Below the pieces are notes generated by a model that saw only the letters and a program-made list of their open reading frames with translations, was not told the DNA's origin and made no database searches. Position numbers and translations under genes: made by a program. This document shows, piece by piece, positions 45,488 to 56,617 of a stretch of 64,000 nucleotides of DNA (positions are counted from its first letter, which is position 1; each line of letters opens with the position of its first letter). This stretch comes from a virus. The stretch covers positions 64,001-128,000 of the IMG/VR virus record IMGVR_UViG_3300035210_000189, one strand, 5' to 3'.

Positions 45488-46390
45488 TTATTTTTTGAAG
45501 ATTAAATCTAATTGACCTTCATAATCATTGATGTTAGGCAACCCATCACAATTGTAATCAGCATTGAAACTACTGCCAATGTTTGAGAAGTATCTTTTTT
45601 CCATTACACACTCATAATCTTTTGGTGATTTTGTTGTTCTTACAACGACTACATTAGGGACATTGAGTAAGGTAGTGGAATGCACACCGTCCATTCTAAA
45701 TTTCAAAGTTTGCGTTAAGCTTTCAATGATATAGTTTTCTGGATATACATCGTTTTCTTGATTTCTTGTTGAACCATTACCTTTATAGATGTCTCTTTGG
45801 GATTTATACACGTCATCACTGTAATCAAAATCAATAGAAATGTTCAAGTTACCTACTGAGCTTGCTAATTCTGTTGTGTTTGTTACCATTGTGATGTCTT
45901 TATTCTTATTCACACCTGTATATTCAACTGAATATCTTTTATGGTTTCCACTTTCTATCAGTGGTGGATTAGTTTTCAGTTCAAATGATATCACTGGTGC
46001 CGAGTATGCTGGTTTGTTTTCAACCATTTCATAGTTTTCATTAGGTAGTAACGACTTTAATGCTAAACTTGTTTTTGTTTTTTCCATGTCTGATATAATA
46101 ACTCTTCTCAGTGGTGGCGTAAAACTGTCATCAATAGTATAACGTCTACCTTGTAAAAGCTTCTGTTCCTTCTGTCTATACAACTCAGGATCAATTTTGT
46201 CGATAGCGGTACTTAGCACTTCATCTTCAATACCCACAAAAGAGTCTTTCTTTACTGTTTCAACGGTTTCAACTGGTTTTGCATGATTGATACCTTCAAT
46301 TTCAACTTCTTTCTCTTTGCTGATGCTGTAATATAAAACACCCGCTACAATTATTACTGGTACCCATATTAACACGTCCTTCTTTGCCAT
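45488..46390 (-). CDS. Membrane-anchored exported protein
   Basis: N-terminal TM anchor. Confidence 0.7.
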   Translation of the reverse strand: MAKKDVLIWVPVIIVAGVLYYSISKEKEVEIEGINHAKPVETVETVKKDSFVGIEDEVLSTAIDKIDPELYRQKEQKLLQGRRYTIDDSFTPPLRRVIISDMEKTKTSLALKSLLPNENYEMVENKPAYSAPVISFELKTNPPLIESGNHKRYSVEYTGVNKNKDITMVTNTTELASSVGNLNISIDFDYSDDVYKSQRDIYKGNGSTRNQENDVYPENYIIESLTQTLKFRMDGVHSTTLLNVPNVVVVRTTKSPKDYECVMEKRYFSNIGSSFNADYNCDGLPNINDYEGQLDLIFKK

Positions 46391-46693
46391 CTTAAATTCC
46401 TATATGTGCTCTTTAAATAAGACCATATATTCATTATAATGTCAATATATTCTTATTTATATAAAGTCATTTTTGAGCATTATATTAGTCATTAAATGGT
46501 ATGATTTGCAATAAAACTGTCATCTTATAAATTTAACTTTTCTTATTTAATTGAGGATTAACGATATAATTGCTTTTGATGGTTATTAAACGATTACTTA
46601 TTGAAAATATTTTTAAATTTATTTTTGTTTAATTGGCGATATATACCATTTATTAAATTTAAAGCAAAAAAAAGAGCCATCAGGCTCTTTGTT

Positions 46694-46951
46694 TTACTGT
46701 TTTGGTATATAGACTGGAACGGGTAATGTTTTACCATCGAAGCAACGATGTGGGCCAGCCAAATGCCAAACCTTTTCGTCATCTTGTGTTCCAATGTATT
46801 CACAATTTTCTATCTGGAATTTCTTATAGCTGAAACCATAACCTGTCGTCTGCAACTTATTATCACCGAAGCTGCTGTCATTGACGGCGTTAGCACAACC
46901 TGTTAACAAAATACTGCCTGCGATCAAAACTCCATACATTAACTTATTCAT
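46694..46951 (-). CDS. Small lipoprotein
   Basis: Lipobox LTGC; AGGAG RBS. Confidence 0.75.
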   Translation of the reverse strand: MNKLMYGVLIAGSILLTGCANAVNDSSFGDNKLQTTGYGFSYKKFQIENCEYIGTQDDEKVWHLAGPHRCFDGKTLPVPVYIPKQ

Positions 46952-47061
46952 TGAAACTCCTTTTAGTCGTTAACAACTTTATATTACAATTAAAGAATTA
47001 AGTCAACTACTAATCAAAGTTTTAATGAACATTTTCAATGATATATTGTTAATAACAGTCT

Positions 47062-47508
47062 TTAACTAACGACTTTTTGAGACTTGCGAAGTTCTTTCAG
47101 TTTATGCTCAATCTTGCCTTTTTCGAAATTACAATCCATGCACATCGTTTGTGTATTGGCGATATTGTCAGCCCCACCCAGAGAACGAGCTAAAATGTGA
47201 TCATGCGTCATTAATACTTGTTGTCCATTATCACGAACAGCCCACAAGTTAATATGATACTTTGCATCCATATGATGTCGTTCCATTGCAAAGAATGCAC
47301 CCTTAACACCACAATCAACACATTCGATACCATGTGTTGCAAATGTGCGAAGACGAAGTGAAGACAGTTTAATTGGTTCGCCATCAAAAGAAATACGTTT
47401 ATCACGCTCTTTGTATTCAATCCCAGTAGAACCGTCATTGTGTTCTCGGATAGCTTTGAGTGTTTTTTCAATGTCGCACTTTTTCAGTCGAACATAGTTA
47501 GTAGCCAT
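47062..47508 (-). CDS. HNH endonuclease
   Basis: CVDCG...THDHILARSLGG.D...N.Q.MC..CN..KG. Confidence 0.85.
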   Translation of the reverse strand: MATNYVRLKKCDIEKTLKAIREHNDGSTGIEYKERDKRISFDGEPIKLSSLRLRTFATHGIECVDCGVKGAFFAMERHHMDAKYHINLWAVRDNGQQVLMTHDHILARSLGGADNIANTQTMCMDCNFEKGKIEHKLKELRKSQKVVS

Positions 47509-47606
47509 GAATTGTGTTCCTTTAATTTGTTCAATTAAACAATTATAACAAAAAACTGGCCGTTAAGCCAGTGATTAATGAACAAAAAATCGCCATCAGG
47601 CGACTT

Positions 47607-47954
47607 TTAAGGTTTTGCTGGTTTCCATCTTGGATTTACATCTTCAAGCTTACTTTCAGTGATAGTTTTAGGCTTGTAAGATTCAGTTATGAATGCACCC
47701 ATTTCCTTGCCGTCAAGTTTGTAATTAGTTTTGTTCGCTACTTTTTCAGCGTCAACTTTGTATTCTTGTCCTCTGAATTCAACTCTTGCAGCAACTACTG
47801 GACTTTTTTCATCGTATTTCAAGCCATCAATTTTGACTTTTCCTACTTCAATAGCACCTGTTTGAAGATCAACCAAGCATTCTTTCTGGATGTTTTTACC
47901 ATCGGCTCTTGTTTCAACAAATGAAGCCTTCTTTTTAACGTCAGTCTCTTTCAT
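47607..47954 (-). CDS. Hypothetical protein with Lys/Pro tail
   Basis: ORF with promoter and terminator. Confidence 0.65.
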   Translation of the reverse strand: MKETDVKKKASFVETRADGKNIQKECLVDLQTGAIEVGKVKIDGLKYDEKSPVVAARVEFRGQEYKVDAEKVANKTNYKLDGKEMGAFITESYKPKTITESKLEDVNPRWKPAKP

Positions 47955-48070
47955 TTTTCAATCTCTTGTTTTTTATCATTATAGCATATTTAAAATATTC
48001 CTCAAATCACCTTGCCGATTTTTTACGTTTCTGTTATAATCCATTCATTAAATCACATGAGGCTTTACCC

Positions 48071-48559
48071 ATGAATACTGTACGTCTTGAAGTCGTTATT
48101 AATGCCTTTCAAAATATTCCTGATCTTGCTCCCAGTGACATTGAAAGCTTAGGAATTGTCTTGGATATGGTGGCCCGTAAGAATTTTGCGGGTGCATCCT
48201 ACAGCCTTAAAAATGTTGCGTCCGCTCGACACTTCTATCCAGAAGAATATCGTGTGCATATTGCTTTTTGTAAAGCGATTAAGCTTGAATTGATGGCTCT
48301 TGGCAAAGAACATTATCATCAAGAAATTGCTAAACGCATTGATTTTCTTTTTAATAGCACTTATTTCACGCCTGACATGCCGGTTTTGCTTCCAGCACTC
48401 AGCTATGACAGTAAAAAAGTGTTGAATGTTGAAAAACTTGAAGAAGCTGTTGCTTTTTATGATAACCGTAAAGAAGAATTTGATCCTGTTATTTCTCGTA
48501 TTCTTCAAGAAATTGATGTTAATCATAACTTGATGAAAAATTATTTGAAGGATGTCTAA
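48071..48559 (+). CDS. Hypothetical protein
   Basis: GAGG RBS. Confidence 0.7.
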   Translation: MNTVRLEVVINAFQNIPDLAPSDIESLGIVLDMVARKNFAGASYSLKNVASARHFYPEEYRVHIAFCKAIKLELMALGKEHYHQEIAKRIDFLFNSTYFTPDMPVLLPALSYDSKKVLNVEKLEEAVAFYDNRKEEFDPVISRILQEIDVNHNLMKNYLKDV

Positions 48560-49010
48560 TATGGATATCACCACACAAAAACTTAAGGCACAGCATCTTA
48601 AAAGTTTAAATGAAGCTCTTGTGATTGCTGAAACCATCGCAAAAGAACGAACGTCAAACATTTGTTTTTATGCAGGATCGAATCGGGTTGAAATGAATCG
48701 GATGATTGCTGCCAACAATGCAGAGTGTTCAAAGTTTAATGCCGTCTATGGCAAATTCTTTGACCATTTTGAAGCTCAATTTCTGGATGATGTTGATATT
48801 GAGCCGTTTACACAAGAAGACATTAAAAATATGGAGCAGTTGTTTCAAATTAAAATTGATTCCATGAATAAAGCCAAAGATGACTTAATGCGTTACAGCA
48901 CTGACAATATGGTGTCTTTCAGTGTTTCCACAGAAGTCAGTCGAATTACATTTGTGTTTAAAGATATTGTTGATATTATTAAAGAACATTACATGGCTAA
49001 ACATGAATAA
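48552..49010 (+). CDS. Hypothetical protein
   Basis: Coupled ORF. Confidence 0.7.
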   Translation: MSNMDITTQKLKAQHLKSLNEALVIAETIAKERTSNICFYAGSNRVEMNRMIAANNAECSKFNAVYGKFFDHFEAQFLDDVDIEPFTQEDIKNMEQLFQIKIDSMNKAKDDLMRYSTDNMVSFSVSTEVSRITFVFKDIVDIIKEHYMAKHE

Positions 49011-49551
49011 AAATATTGAAAAAATAAAAAGACAGATGAATAAACCCCTAGCAAGCAATGGTGTGTCCCTTGTTCGCTGGGGTGGGTTAACGATGGTTCG
49101 CCAGAAAGGGAACTATGGTCGATATACATTCCATGCGGCACCAGAACGCTATGGTTTTTATGCTTTCTTATTTCCATTTATTGATTTATTCCTTATCAGT
49201 TCCACTAAAAAAACTGAGTTTAATGCTGGTGTTCGTAAAGAATTTCATGCGATTGGTGGTGTTATCTGGACGCATATCAAGCCGGATGACGCTTCGATGA
49301 TTCTTGATGTTCATGGGGATTGGTTTAAAGTTGATGTCTCTAATTTGAACAAGATGGTTCAGAAGGCATTTGCGGTTGAAAGCTCTGTTGTTCAATCGGA
49401 TTACTTCTTTGAAAATCACGAAACAAGAACCCCTTGGAAATGCTATGAAGGCAAAGAATTAAAGGTTCAAAGGGTCAATGCTTATGGTGGTTATGGCCGT
49501 ATGACTGACAATTTGGAGGTTTTTGTTTGCCGTGATACCAAGATTTCTTAA
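49003..49551 (+). CDS. Hypothetical protein (VRWGGL, FH.AP...GFYAF)
   Basis: Coupled ORF. Confidence 0.65.
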   Translation: MNKNIEKIKRQMNKPLASNGVSLVRWGGLTMVRQKGNYGRYTFHAAPERYGFYAFLFPFIDLFLISSTKKTEFNAGVRKEFHAIGGVIWTHIKPDDASMILDVHGDWFKVDVSNLNKMVQKAFAVESSVVQSDYFFENHETRTPWKCYEGKELKVQRVNAYGGYGRMTDNLEVFVCRDTKIS

Positions 49552-49638
49552 TTTTTTCTATAAAAGTGATGAACGCTATTGTCTGTTTATAGATTTTTTG
49601 CTATAATACACTCAATCAAACAGAAAAGAGAGTTTACT

Positions 49639-49953
49639 ATGAACGGCTTCCATGTTTTTGATCTAACATCGGCACTCTTTGACACACCTACTCCACAACC
49701 AGACGTGTATCTTGAAGTGCGTCTTCAATTTAATAGCAACCAAGAAATCGAAACTGTTAACTTTCAAAGCTTGAATGTTTTCAACTTTGTTGCTGATTCT
49801 GTAACTGTTCTTCGTTGGAAACACATTTCCGAACTGGATGGTGAAAAAGACCTTTTGAGTGATGGCACCAGTTTGGACAGCATGAATAACTACTTTTCTG
49901 AACTTGAAGCTAATGCTCGGAAAGCTGAGAAAGCTGCAAAAAACAAACGCTAA
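49639..49953 (+). CDS. Hypothetical protein
   Basis: Promoter TGCTATAAT. Confidence 0.65.
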   Translation: MNGFHVFDLTSALFDTPTPQPDVYLEVRLQFNSNQEIETVNFQSLNVFNFVADSVTVLRWKHISELDGEKDLLSDGTSLDSMNNYFSELEANARKAEKAAKNKR

Positions 49954-49966
49954 GAAGGAATATATT

Positions 49967-50161
49967 ATGACGCCTGAACAACGTATCCTGCATGGTCAAC
50001 GTGAAAGCGACGATGATGGCTTTACTTATGTCGCTGGTAAGCACAAAGCTGGTCGTGTTAAACGCACTCGTAACCGCAACTCGACTGCTCGCAATATGCG
50101 GAATGACAAGCGTTCTGTTAAAGCCGCTGAAATGAAACGCATGTTGAAAGAATCTTTCTAA
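49967..50161 (+). CDS. Small basic protein
   Basis: AAGGA RBS; Arg/Lys-rich. Confidence 0.65.
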   Translation: MTPEQRILHGQRESDDDGFTYVAGKHKAGRVKRTRNRNSTARNMRNDKRSVKAAEMKRMLKESF

Positions 50162-50218
50162 ATACAAGGCTTTCGGGCCTTGTTCTTTTCCCATTATTAT
50201 TTTATTGAGGTTTTCTTT

Positions 50219-50743
50219 ATGGAACTTACAGCTTCTCAGGTTGAACAAAAAATCCCAAAACGTCAAAAACAGGTTTCTACCTTTGTAGATACAGTTATTA
50301 ATCCTTTAACTGCAGACGAACGTCAGCAATATGAATCTGTTGACATGCAAGCTTCTACAATGCCTTTGTTTTCAGTGACAGAAGGTGAACACAATTACAT
50401 TTATTCTTTCAATCGCCTTGTTTCACAGATTAATGCTGAGATTAAGTCACGAAAAGACTTTTTTGAAAAACAACTGACGATTTTTGTCTGCCCGATTTTG
50501 ATTGCTGTCTTTGTTAAGGTGCTAAATTATTTCAATCAAACTATTGAACCTACCAACACCTTCAATTTTATGCTTGGACTTCTTTTTGCTGTTGGTGTAT
50601 ACTGCACTGCACAAACGATTTATCGCCATCCATTCAAAGCCATTAAGAAACTGAAAGCTATCAAAAAAATGGTCTTTGATAGCAGCCCAGACTATCTTGC
50701 TGAACTTGAAGCAGCGGCGAAGAAACCAGTTATCAATATTTAA
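50219..50743 (+). CDS. 2-TM membrane protein, family G (1/3)
   Basis: PLFSV.EG..NYIYSF; ends KKPVINI. Confidence 0.75.
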   Translation: MELTASQVEQKIPKRQKQVSTFVDTVINPLTADERQQYESVDMQASTMPLFSVTEGEHNYIYSFNRLVSQINAEIKSRKDFFEKQLTIFVCPILIAVFVKVLNYFNQTIEPTNTFNFMLGLLFAVGVYCTAQTIYRHPFKAIKKLKAIKKMVFDSSPDYLAELEAAAKKPVINI

Positions 50744-50800
50744 TTTTAGACAAGGCTTTCGAGCCTTGTTTTAACTCATATTCTTCCGTAGAGGTTTATT

Positions 50801-51310
50801 ATGTCAAAAAACATCGCTGTTACTGAAATTCCGGTTGAATCAAAAGAAGTTAGATCCTTCATGCTGTCTGATATTAAAGTACTTTCAGACACTGACCGTG
50901 CTGGTATTGACCAATTGGCTGCTGTTAAAGTCAAAGAGCCTCTGTTTTCGGTTGTGGAAGGTGATAGAAATTATATTTACTCGTTTTCTAAGGTTTTTGC
51001 GGGAATTAAAAAAGAACATGCAAAATTGAAAGATCGAAAGTTTAATATGATTATGTGTTGTGTTATTAGTCTGATTGTTGCTAGTGGCTGTCTTTTGTTT
51101 TTAAAATTTAATGGCCCTTCTCCAAATTCTGATATCTTGGGCGTTGGTGCCTCTTTTATTTTCATTGTTTGCTTGTGGGATTTGATTACAACCCGTTATA
51201 CAAAAATGATTAACAATCTTAATGACAAGAAAACCTATGTGTTAACTGAAAGTCAGGACTATCTGCAACAACTCAAAAAAGAAGTTCAAAAACCAGTACT
51301 CATTATCTAA
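50801..51310 (+). CDS. 2-TM membrane protein, family G (2/3)
   Basis: Same motifs; ends QKPVLII. Confidence 0.75.
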   Translation: MSKNIAVTEIPVESKEVRSFMLSDIKVLSDTDRAGIDQLAAVKVKEPLFSVVEGDRNYIYSFSKVFAGIKKEHAKLKDRKFNMIMCCVISLIVASGCLLFLKFNGPSPNSDILGVGASFIFIVCLWDLITTRYTKMINNLNDKKTYVLTESQDYLQQLKKEVQKPVLII

Positions 51311-51371
51311 CCAATGTTTTAAAATAGCTTAAATATTTAGCACTCCACGAATCTTATTGAGGTTTATATCC

Positions 51372-51896
51372 ATGAAAGAAGTTACCGAACAGTCAATTGA
51401 ACAAGTTATTCCAGAACCAACGCCCGAAATCCACTCGTTTGTTGGGTATAACATTCAGTTGCTCAGTGAGCTAGATCGTGAACTTTATGCTGACTTAGAG
51501 AATTTGGATGATAAAGAACCTTTGCTTTCTGTTTCTAATGGTGAACGCAATTATATTTATTCTTTCACAAAGGCGGTGAAAGCAATTGAAAAAGAAATCC
51601 TGTCAATAGAAAACAGTTTTTGGGGAGCCGTGGGGGCTATTTTTTGTGCTTTACTGCTCTCTATTTTTGTTTTTTTATTGCTCTTTGGTGGAAAAGGTAG
51701 TGTTCATGAGTTAGCACCAGTTTTGGGAGTCTGTCTTGTTGCCGTAGTTATTTGTTCAATTGTTCATTTGGTTAAGTTTAAATACCTTAAAAAAATTAAA
51801 GAACTTAAACAGAAAAAAACCTTAGTTTTCACTTATGGTCAAGATTACATTAAAACTAAAAAAGAAGAATATAAAAAGCCAGTGGTTGTTGTTTGA
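51372..51896 (+). CDS. 2-TM membrane protein, family G (3/3)
   Basis: Same motifs; ends KKPVVVV. Confidence 0.75.
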   Translation: MKEVTEQSIEQVIPEPTPEIHSFVGYNIQLLSELDRELYADLENLDDKEPLLSVSNGERNYIYSFTKAVKAIEKEILSIENSFWGAVGAIFCALLLSIFVFLLLFGGKGSVHELAPVLGVCLVAVVICSIVHLVKFKYLKKIKELKQKKTLVFTYGQDYIKTKKEEYKKPVVVV

Positions 51897-52032
51897 TTTT
51901 ATTGCTTACTTTTCAAAGCCACTTCGGTGGCTTTTTTATTAACTAAATTTATTGAAAATTGATCCCTTATGCCTTTGTGGTTGATTTTTTTTATATTTTG
52001 TGTTAAACTCAAATACTATTTGGAGTTCCTTT

Positions 52033-53541
52033 ATGTCAAAAATCACCACAGAAGATTGCAAATCATTCCTTTTGGATCTATATAAAGACATAAAAGTCGT
52101 CAATTGGAAACGAATTCGTAAATTTAAAGACGAAAATGGTGATGTTTGTCGAGAATTTAAGCACTCTGATGGTATATCCGTTACTTTAATCGAAAAAAAT
52201 GGTCAATTATCCGTTTTAATCCCGCAGGATTATCAAGTATTACTGTCCAGCAAACCAATCAGCAAAACGACTGTAAACACCGAAAAACCTAAGAATGTTT
52301 CGATACTATCATTTGCGGATGAAAGTGATAAAGAACACTTAAAAAAAACAGTATTTACGCTATTTGATGATGCTCAACAAAAAGTAGCTAAACGATTAGT
52401 GAATGCTTTCGTAAAACCAAAAGAAGATCCAGTTGAGCCTGATTCGAGTGCAAAAGGCTTTCAAGCGATTCCCAATCTTATCTATTTCTCTTTCCTTGAA
52501 GATGCCAATCCAGATGAATCTGAATACTTGGAAGAAATTGCTGCAGGTATGAATTTTAAGGCTCCGATGAGAGATATTGCTGTCTTTTTTATGCCTAGCA
52601 CCGTTAAATCATTTTGTGACCATATTTCACCCTTGATAGAGGCGTTCCTAACACTTCCACTGTATGAAGTCGAAGAGATGTCTTTTAAAATTAATGATTG
52701 TGATACACCCCTTAGTGTGACTGATGTATTTGAAGAACTTTGCAAAGCAGGATTTGTGTATAACCCAGATGGTTGTGCTTTGAAAAACTTGTTTACTCAA
52801 TATCACATGGTGCCTACTGAACCTGTTATTGATTTAAATGATAAGACTGCAGAATACAAAAAAGGTTTTTTGTCTGCACTGAAAAAAGATGACGTTACTA
52901 AAATGAAAGCATTAATTGATTCAGGTATGCCACTTAATTTCAAAGTGGGTGGTCAATCGCTATTAGGTAAAACCATGCATGAGAACAAACTGGAATGTTT
53001 TAAGTATCTTTTAACACTCTATTCTAATACGGCTAATACTGGCAATGGTGCTGTTGAACAGGTGTGGGAGCATGTCTGGTGGCCGAGTGATTGTTCTCGA
53101 TACTTTATGGCTAATGCTTTCTATGACTTTACAGATTCCAATAAGAATGCACATCGTCATTTAGTGACGACATTGGTTCACCATACTGCCTATTTTGAAA
53201 AAATGAAAGAGATCGTTAATCCAGAGCTTTTCTCTGTTGCTTGTTTGGAAACTACATTAACCTATGATAGAGCTTATCCGGTTTTCAAGGATTCTGTTAA
53301 AAAAGCAATAGTTGAATATCCAGCAACTGTTTCATCCAGTAAAGAAATGGTTGAGCAACTTGAACATGGGTTTATTATTCCACCTATTTTAGAGCTTTTA
53401 GCGAGTAGTTCTTGCACCTTTGATAATAAGACTGTCTTTGAAGTTGTTCAGGCTAAAATAGACAAAATAGGACACGACCCAAAGGGCTATCGTGATAAAA
53501 TTGAAATCTATAAAGCATTCTTGAAGAAGTATTGTCGTTAA
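52033..53541 (+). CDS. Large hypothetical protein with ankyrin-like segment
   Basis: ALKKDDVTKMKALIDSGM.LN...GQSLL......KLECFKYLL. Confidence 0.6.
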   Translation: MSKITTEDCKSFLLDLYKDIKVVNWKRIRKFKDENGDVCREFKHSDGISVTLIEKNGQLSVLIPQDYQVLLSSKPISKTTVNTEKPKNVSILSFADESDKEHLKKTVFTLFDDAQQKVAKRLVNAFVKPKEDPVEPDSSAKGFQAIPNLIYFSFLEDANPDESEYLEEIAAGMNFKAPMRDIAVFFMPSTVKSFCDHISPLIEAFLTLPLYEVEEMSFKINDCDTPLSVTDVFEELCKAGFVYNPDGCALKNLFTQYHMVPTEPVIDLNDKTAEYKKGFLSALKKDDVTKMKALIDSGMPLNFKVGGQSLLGKTMHENKLECFKYLLTLYSNTANTGNGAVEQVWEHVWWPSDCSRYFMANAFYDFTDSNKNAHRHLVTTLVHHTAYFEKMKEIVNPELFSVACLETTLTYDRAYPVFKDSVKKAIVEYPATVSSSKEMVEQLEHGFIIPPILELLASSSCTFDNKTVFEVVQAKIDKIGHDPKGYRDKIEIYKAFLKKYCR

Positions 53542-53550
53542 TAGATTATT

Positions 53551-54120
53551 TCATCCAAAATAATCCTTGTATCTCTCATACCTATCAATTAAAGCTTTGG
53601 CTACACGATTATCAGTTTGTTGTGCAGCCAAGATCTTAGCTTGATCTAATTTGAAACTAAGCCATACACTGTGAGCTTGATCGGCTGTATCATAGATTCC
53701 TAAATACTTTTGACCATTTCCAAGCGTTCCACACCTTGATTGATATTGATTACCATGTTTAGAAACACCAACAGGAAGGTTTTGCCCAGCTTTTTCAGTA
53801 ATAAAAACATTAACAACACTACTCACAAATACGCAAGTTTCAGGTCCATATTCTTTGTTGTTAGGAAAGAGTAAATCTTTATCCAATTGCTTTCCATCCC
53901 AATCTTGTGTTTCCATCCACATCTTAAATTGTGTAAAATATTTCCAATCTTCAATTACATAACAGTTTGCGTAGGCTGGATGTCTAGCTATTTCATAATC
54001 ATTATAACACCGACATAGCATATCTTTCCATTTACGAAAGTATGGACAAGTCCATGCTGATGTTCTTGTTGTATAGTCAGCATCATTGACACCAACACCG
54101 TAAATCAATTTTTTGCCCAT
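53551..54120 (-). CDS. Phage HNH-like (homing-type) endonuclease with AP2-like C-terminus
   Basis: W..ML.RC, W..F..FK.W, QLDKD...YGPETCVFV; LP.GV...YLG.Y.TA..A. Confidence 0.7.
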   Translation of the reverse strand: MGKKLIYGVGVNDADYTTRTSAWTCPYFRKWKDMLCRCYNDYEIARHPAYANCYVIEDWKYFTQFKMWMETQDWDGKQLDKDLLFPNNKEYGPETCVFVSSVVNVFITEKAGQNLPVGVSKHGNQYQSRCGTLGNGQKYLGIYDTADQAHSVWLSFKLDQAKILAAQQTDNRVAKALIDRYERYKDYFG

Positions 54121-54262
54121 GATATCACCTTAATTTTTAACAATTCATAAGTTTCATTACATGTTAACTCACAAATATTGTATAGCAATTCTTTTTTTTT
54201 GTTTTTTTTATGATTAAAAAAAAGCCCCACTACTGTGAGGCTTTCTGTTTTAGGTGATTTGA

Positions 54263-54979
54263 TTACAGGAAGTGAGCAGCACTTTTTGGAGTCAGCTCAT
54301 AACCATAGGATTTCAAAAACTCCTTATCAAATGCAATGATTTGATCGCGGTTTTCAGTGAAATGTTCAGGCTCTTCAATTTTGTTGGCTGGGATGGCCGT
54401 TGCACTGAATATGTTGCCATACAGTTCAACCAGTGCCATTTGATTAGCATCAATGGTGCCAATCATGTGAATAGGCGTTGGATCGAGTTTTTGTTCCCAA
54501 CCAATAATATCAGTTTGACCATTAACCAGACCAGACATCGAATCAATGGCGGCGACCATCAAAGCAAAAGCATTTTCTGGCATAGAGCTTGTTTCGTCTG
54601 TCATATAGCCGAACAGAGATACCTTTTCACCTTCGTTGGGAACCAAAGTCACTTTCTTACGCGATTTTGCGACACTGCCATAACGATATTTGCGATAACC
54701 ATCAATCATGTTTTTGTAGGCATCTGCTGGCTTACCATCCATGTGACCTTGAAAAAGTTCCAGATAAGCCGGTAGGTTCTTCATCATCTTGTTGGTAACA
54801 CCCAAGCAGACATGATCAGAAGAGTGGTGATAGTTGGACACGATAATCTTATCAGTCAGGCTGTAGCTCTTAGGCACTCGCTCAGCAGCATGCAGACCAA
54901 GACGACGTTGTTCTTGAAACAAAGGGATATTATCACGATCAATGTCATGACGAATGGCGATTAGAACTTGATTACCCAT
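54263..54979 (-). CDS. Hypothetical protein
   Basis: GGAG RBS; terminator. Confidence 0.7.
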   Translation of the reverse strand: MGNQVLIAIRHDIDRDNIPLFQEQRRLGLHAAERVPKSYSLTDKIIVSNYHHSSDHVCLGVTNKMMKNLPAYLELFQGHMDGKPADAYKNMIDGYRKYRYGSVAKSRKKVTLVPNEGEKVSLFGYMTDETSSMPENAFALMVAAIDSMSGLVNGQTDIIGWEQKLDPTPIHMIGTIDANQMALVELYGNIFSATAIPANKIEEPEHFTENRDQIIAFDKEFLKSYGYELTPKSAAHFL

Positions 54980-55130
54980 TTTTGTATCTCCGTTGGTTTT
55001 GATGTGTCTATTTTACTTAAAATGAATAAGGATGTACAGTTTTTTATTCTTTTTGTATGGGCATTATTTATCTTTTATTTTTAGCCTTGATGTGATATAC
55101 TTGTAATCATTTTATCTTAGAGGCATAGCC

Positions 55131-55883
55131 ATGACCAACACATTCAGAGAAACTATTTCTTCTGTTCTTACACTTAGTGATAGTAGTCTTGTCTTGATGG
55201 ATGAGCTTTTTTCTTTACGTGAGGAATTAAAAAGAAAAATATGTAAAGGTATTTCTGATATTGAACAGGCATTGTCGGTGGATTTTAGCTATTCTGTGAT
55301 GGATTCTGTTGATTCAGTGACCATTACCGATCATTATAAAGAAAAACCAAGTAATTTCCAACATCAACCAAAATGGATGATACCTAATGATGATAAAGTC
55401 TATAATTACAAGATGACACGTTATCAACAACATGGACAAAAGGTATTTAAATTTGAAGGCGATAAAACGATAAAACTAAGAGCAAAATCATTTGCTTTTG
55501 ATTTGCCACAATCAAATTCTTCCATTTTTTATCTTACATTTGACGATTATTTTAATGTGGTGTCTGTTGTTTTTGTATCGTCTACAAAAGACATGGGTAA
55601 GTTTTCTATCAAAAAAATCAGTTTACAATTTAATCAGCAGTTGAAGTTGACGCATTATGAATATAAGCATGAAAGTCTTAGAGAGCGATTTGAGCGAACT
55701 ATTAAAAAAACTTCTGATAGATTAATGAGTCTTGATGATGAAATTATTTTATGGCAACTATTTTCAAATCGGTCAGATGACATTAAAGAGCTTATTCCTG
55801 AGTATTATATTCCATCTGCTTATAATTTTAAGACACAAGAATTTTCGGATCGTTTAAACGTACTTTCTATGTTAATTCTTTAA
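55131..55883 (+). CDS. Hypothetical protein, family F
   Basis: ELIPEYYIPSAYNF...EFSDRLNVLSMLIL. Confidence 0.75.
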   Translation: MTNTFRETISSVLTLSDSSLVLMDELFSLREELKRKICKGISDIEQALSVDFSYSVMDSVDSVTITDHYKEKPSNFQHQPKWMIPNDDKVYNYKMTRYQQHGQKVFKFEGDKTIKLRAKSFAFDLPQSNSSIFYLTFDDYFNVVSVVFVSSTKDMGKFSIKKISLQFNQQLKLTHYEYKHESLRERFERTIKKTSDRLMSLDDEIILWQLFSNRSDDIKELIPEYYIPSAYNFKTQEFSDRLNVLSMLIL

Positions 55884-55898
55884 AACAGGTGCATTAAT

Positions 55899-56603
55899 AT
55901 GTTAACTGTTACAAAAACTGACATCAAAGATCAAGAGCTTGTCAAAAAGTTCTTGATGCCACCCGACTATATATCTTATGATGACTTCATTGATCACTGC
56001 ATCAATCAGATTACTGTAAAAGTTCAATCTATCATGGATGACCTTAGTATTAAAATGAACGCTCGATTAAAATTTGGCTCACATTCATTTTTGGATGGAC
56101 TTGATGATTCGCTTATCATCGCTTTAATGAAAATCTGTTTTAAAAAAGAAGTTGTTGATGGACAGATTTTTTGTGTTGCCAATTTCAATGGGATTTTGTC
56201 ATTTGAATGTGGAACCTTTGATTTCAAATTTAATCAATCTTATTCTTATTTCCATGTCATAGTTAATGAAGAACTCGAATTAACTGCTTTCGAATATTCA
56301 TCTGTCGTTTATGATAGCCAAAATGTTAACAAACGAGTTAACTTAAAATTCGATCAGAATGCGAACCTTACTGAATATTTGTATAAAGTAGACTCTAGTT
56401 TTTTTGGATGGTCTGTTGAGCGTTTAAAAAGTAAAAAGATGTTGTGCCCTTATGCTGATGAATTGTTTCTACATAATTCAATTGCTCACCGAACACCCTT
56501 GATGAATGATCTGTTTCCTGAGCTTTCTATAATTGGTGTCTATGATTTTTCGTCACCTGAATTTAAACGTAAACTAACTTTATTTGAAATGTCATTAATT
56601 TGA
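55899..56603 (+). CDS. Hypothetical protein, family F
   Basis: LFPELSIIGVYDFSSPEFKRKLTLFEMSLI. Confidence 0.75.
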   Translation: MLTVTKTDIKDQELVKKFLMPPDYISYDDFIDHCINQITVKVQSIMDDLSIKMNARLKFGSHSFLDGLDDSLIIALMKICFKKEVVDGQIFCVANFNGILSFECGTFDFKFNQSYSYFHVIVNEELELTAFEYSSVVYDSQNVNKRVNLKFDQNANLTEYLYKVDSSFFGWSVERLKSKKMLCPYADELFLHNSIAHRTPLMNDLFPELSIIGVYDFSSPEFKRKLTLFEMSLI

Positions 56604-56617
56604 TTACGGAGACTATT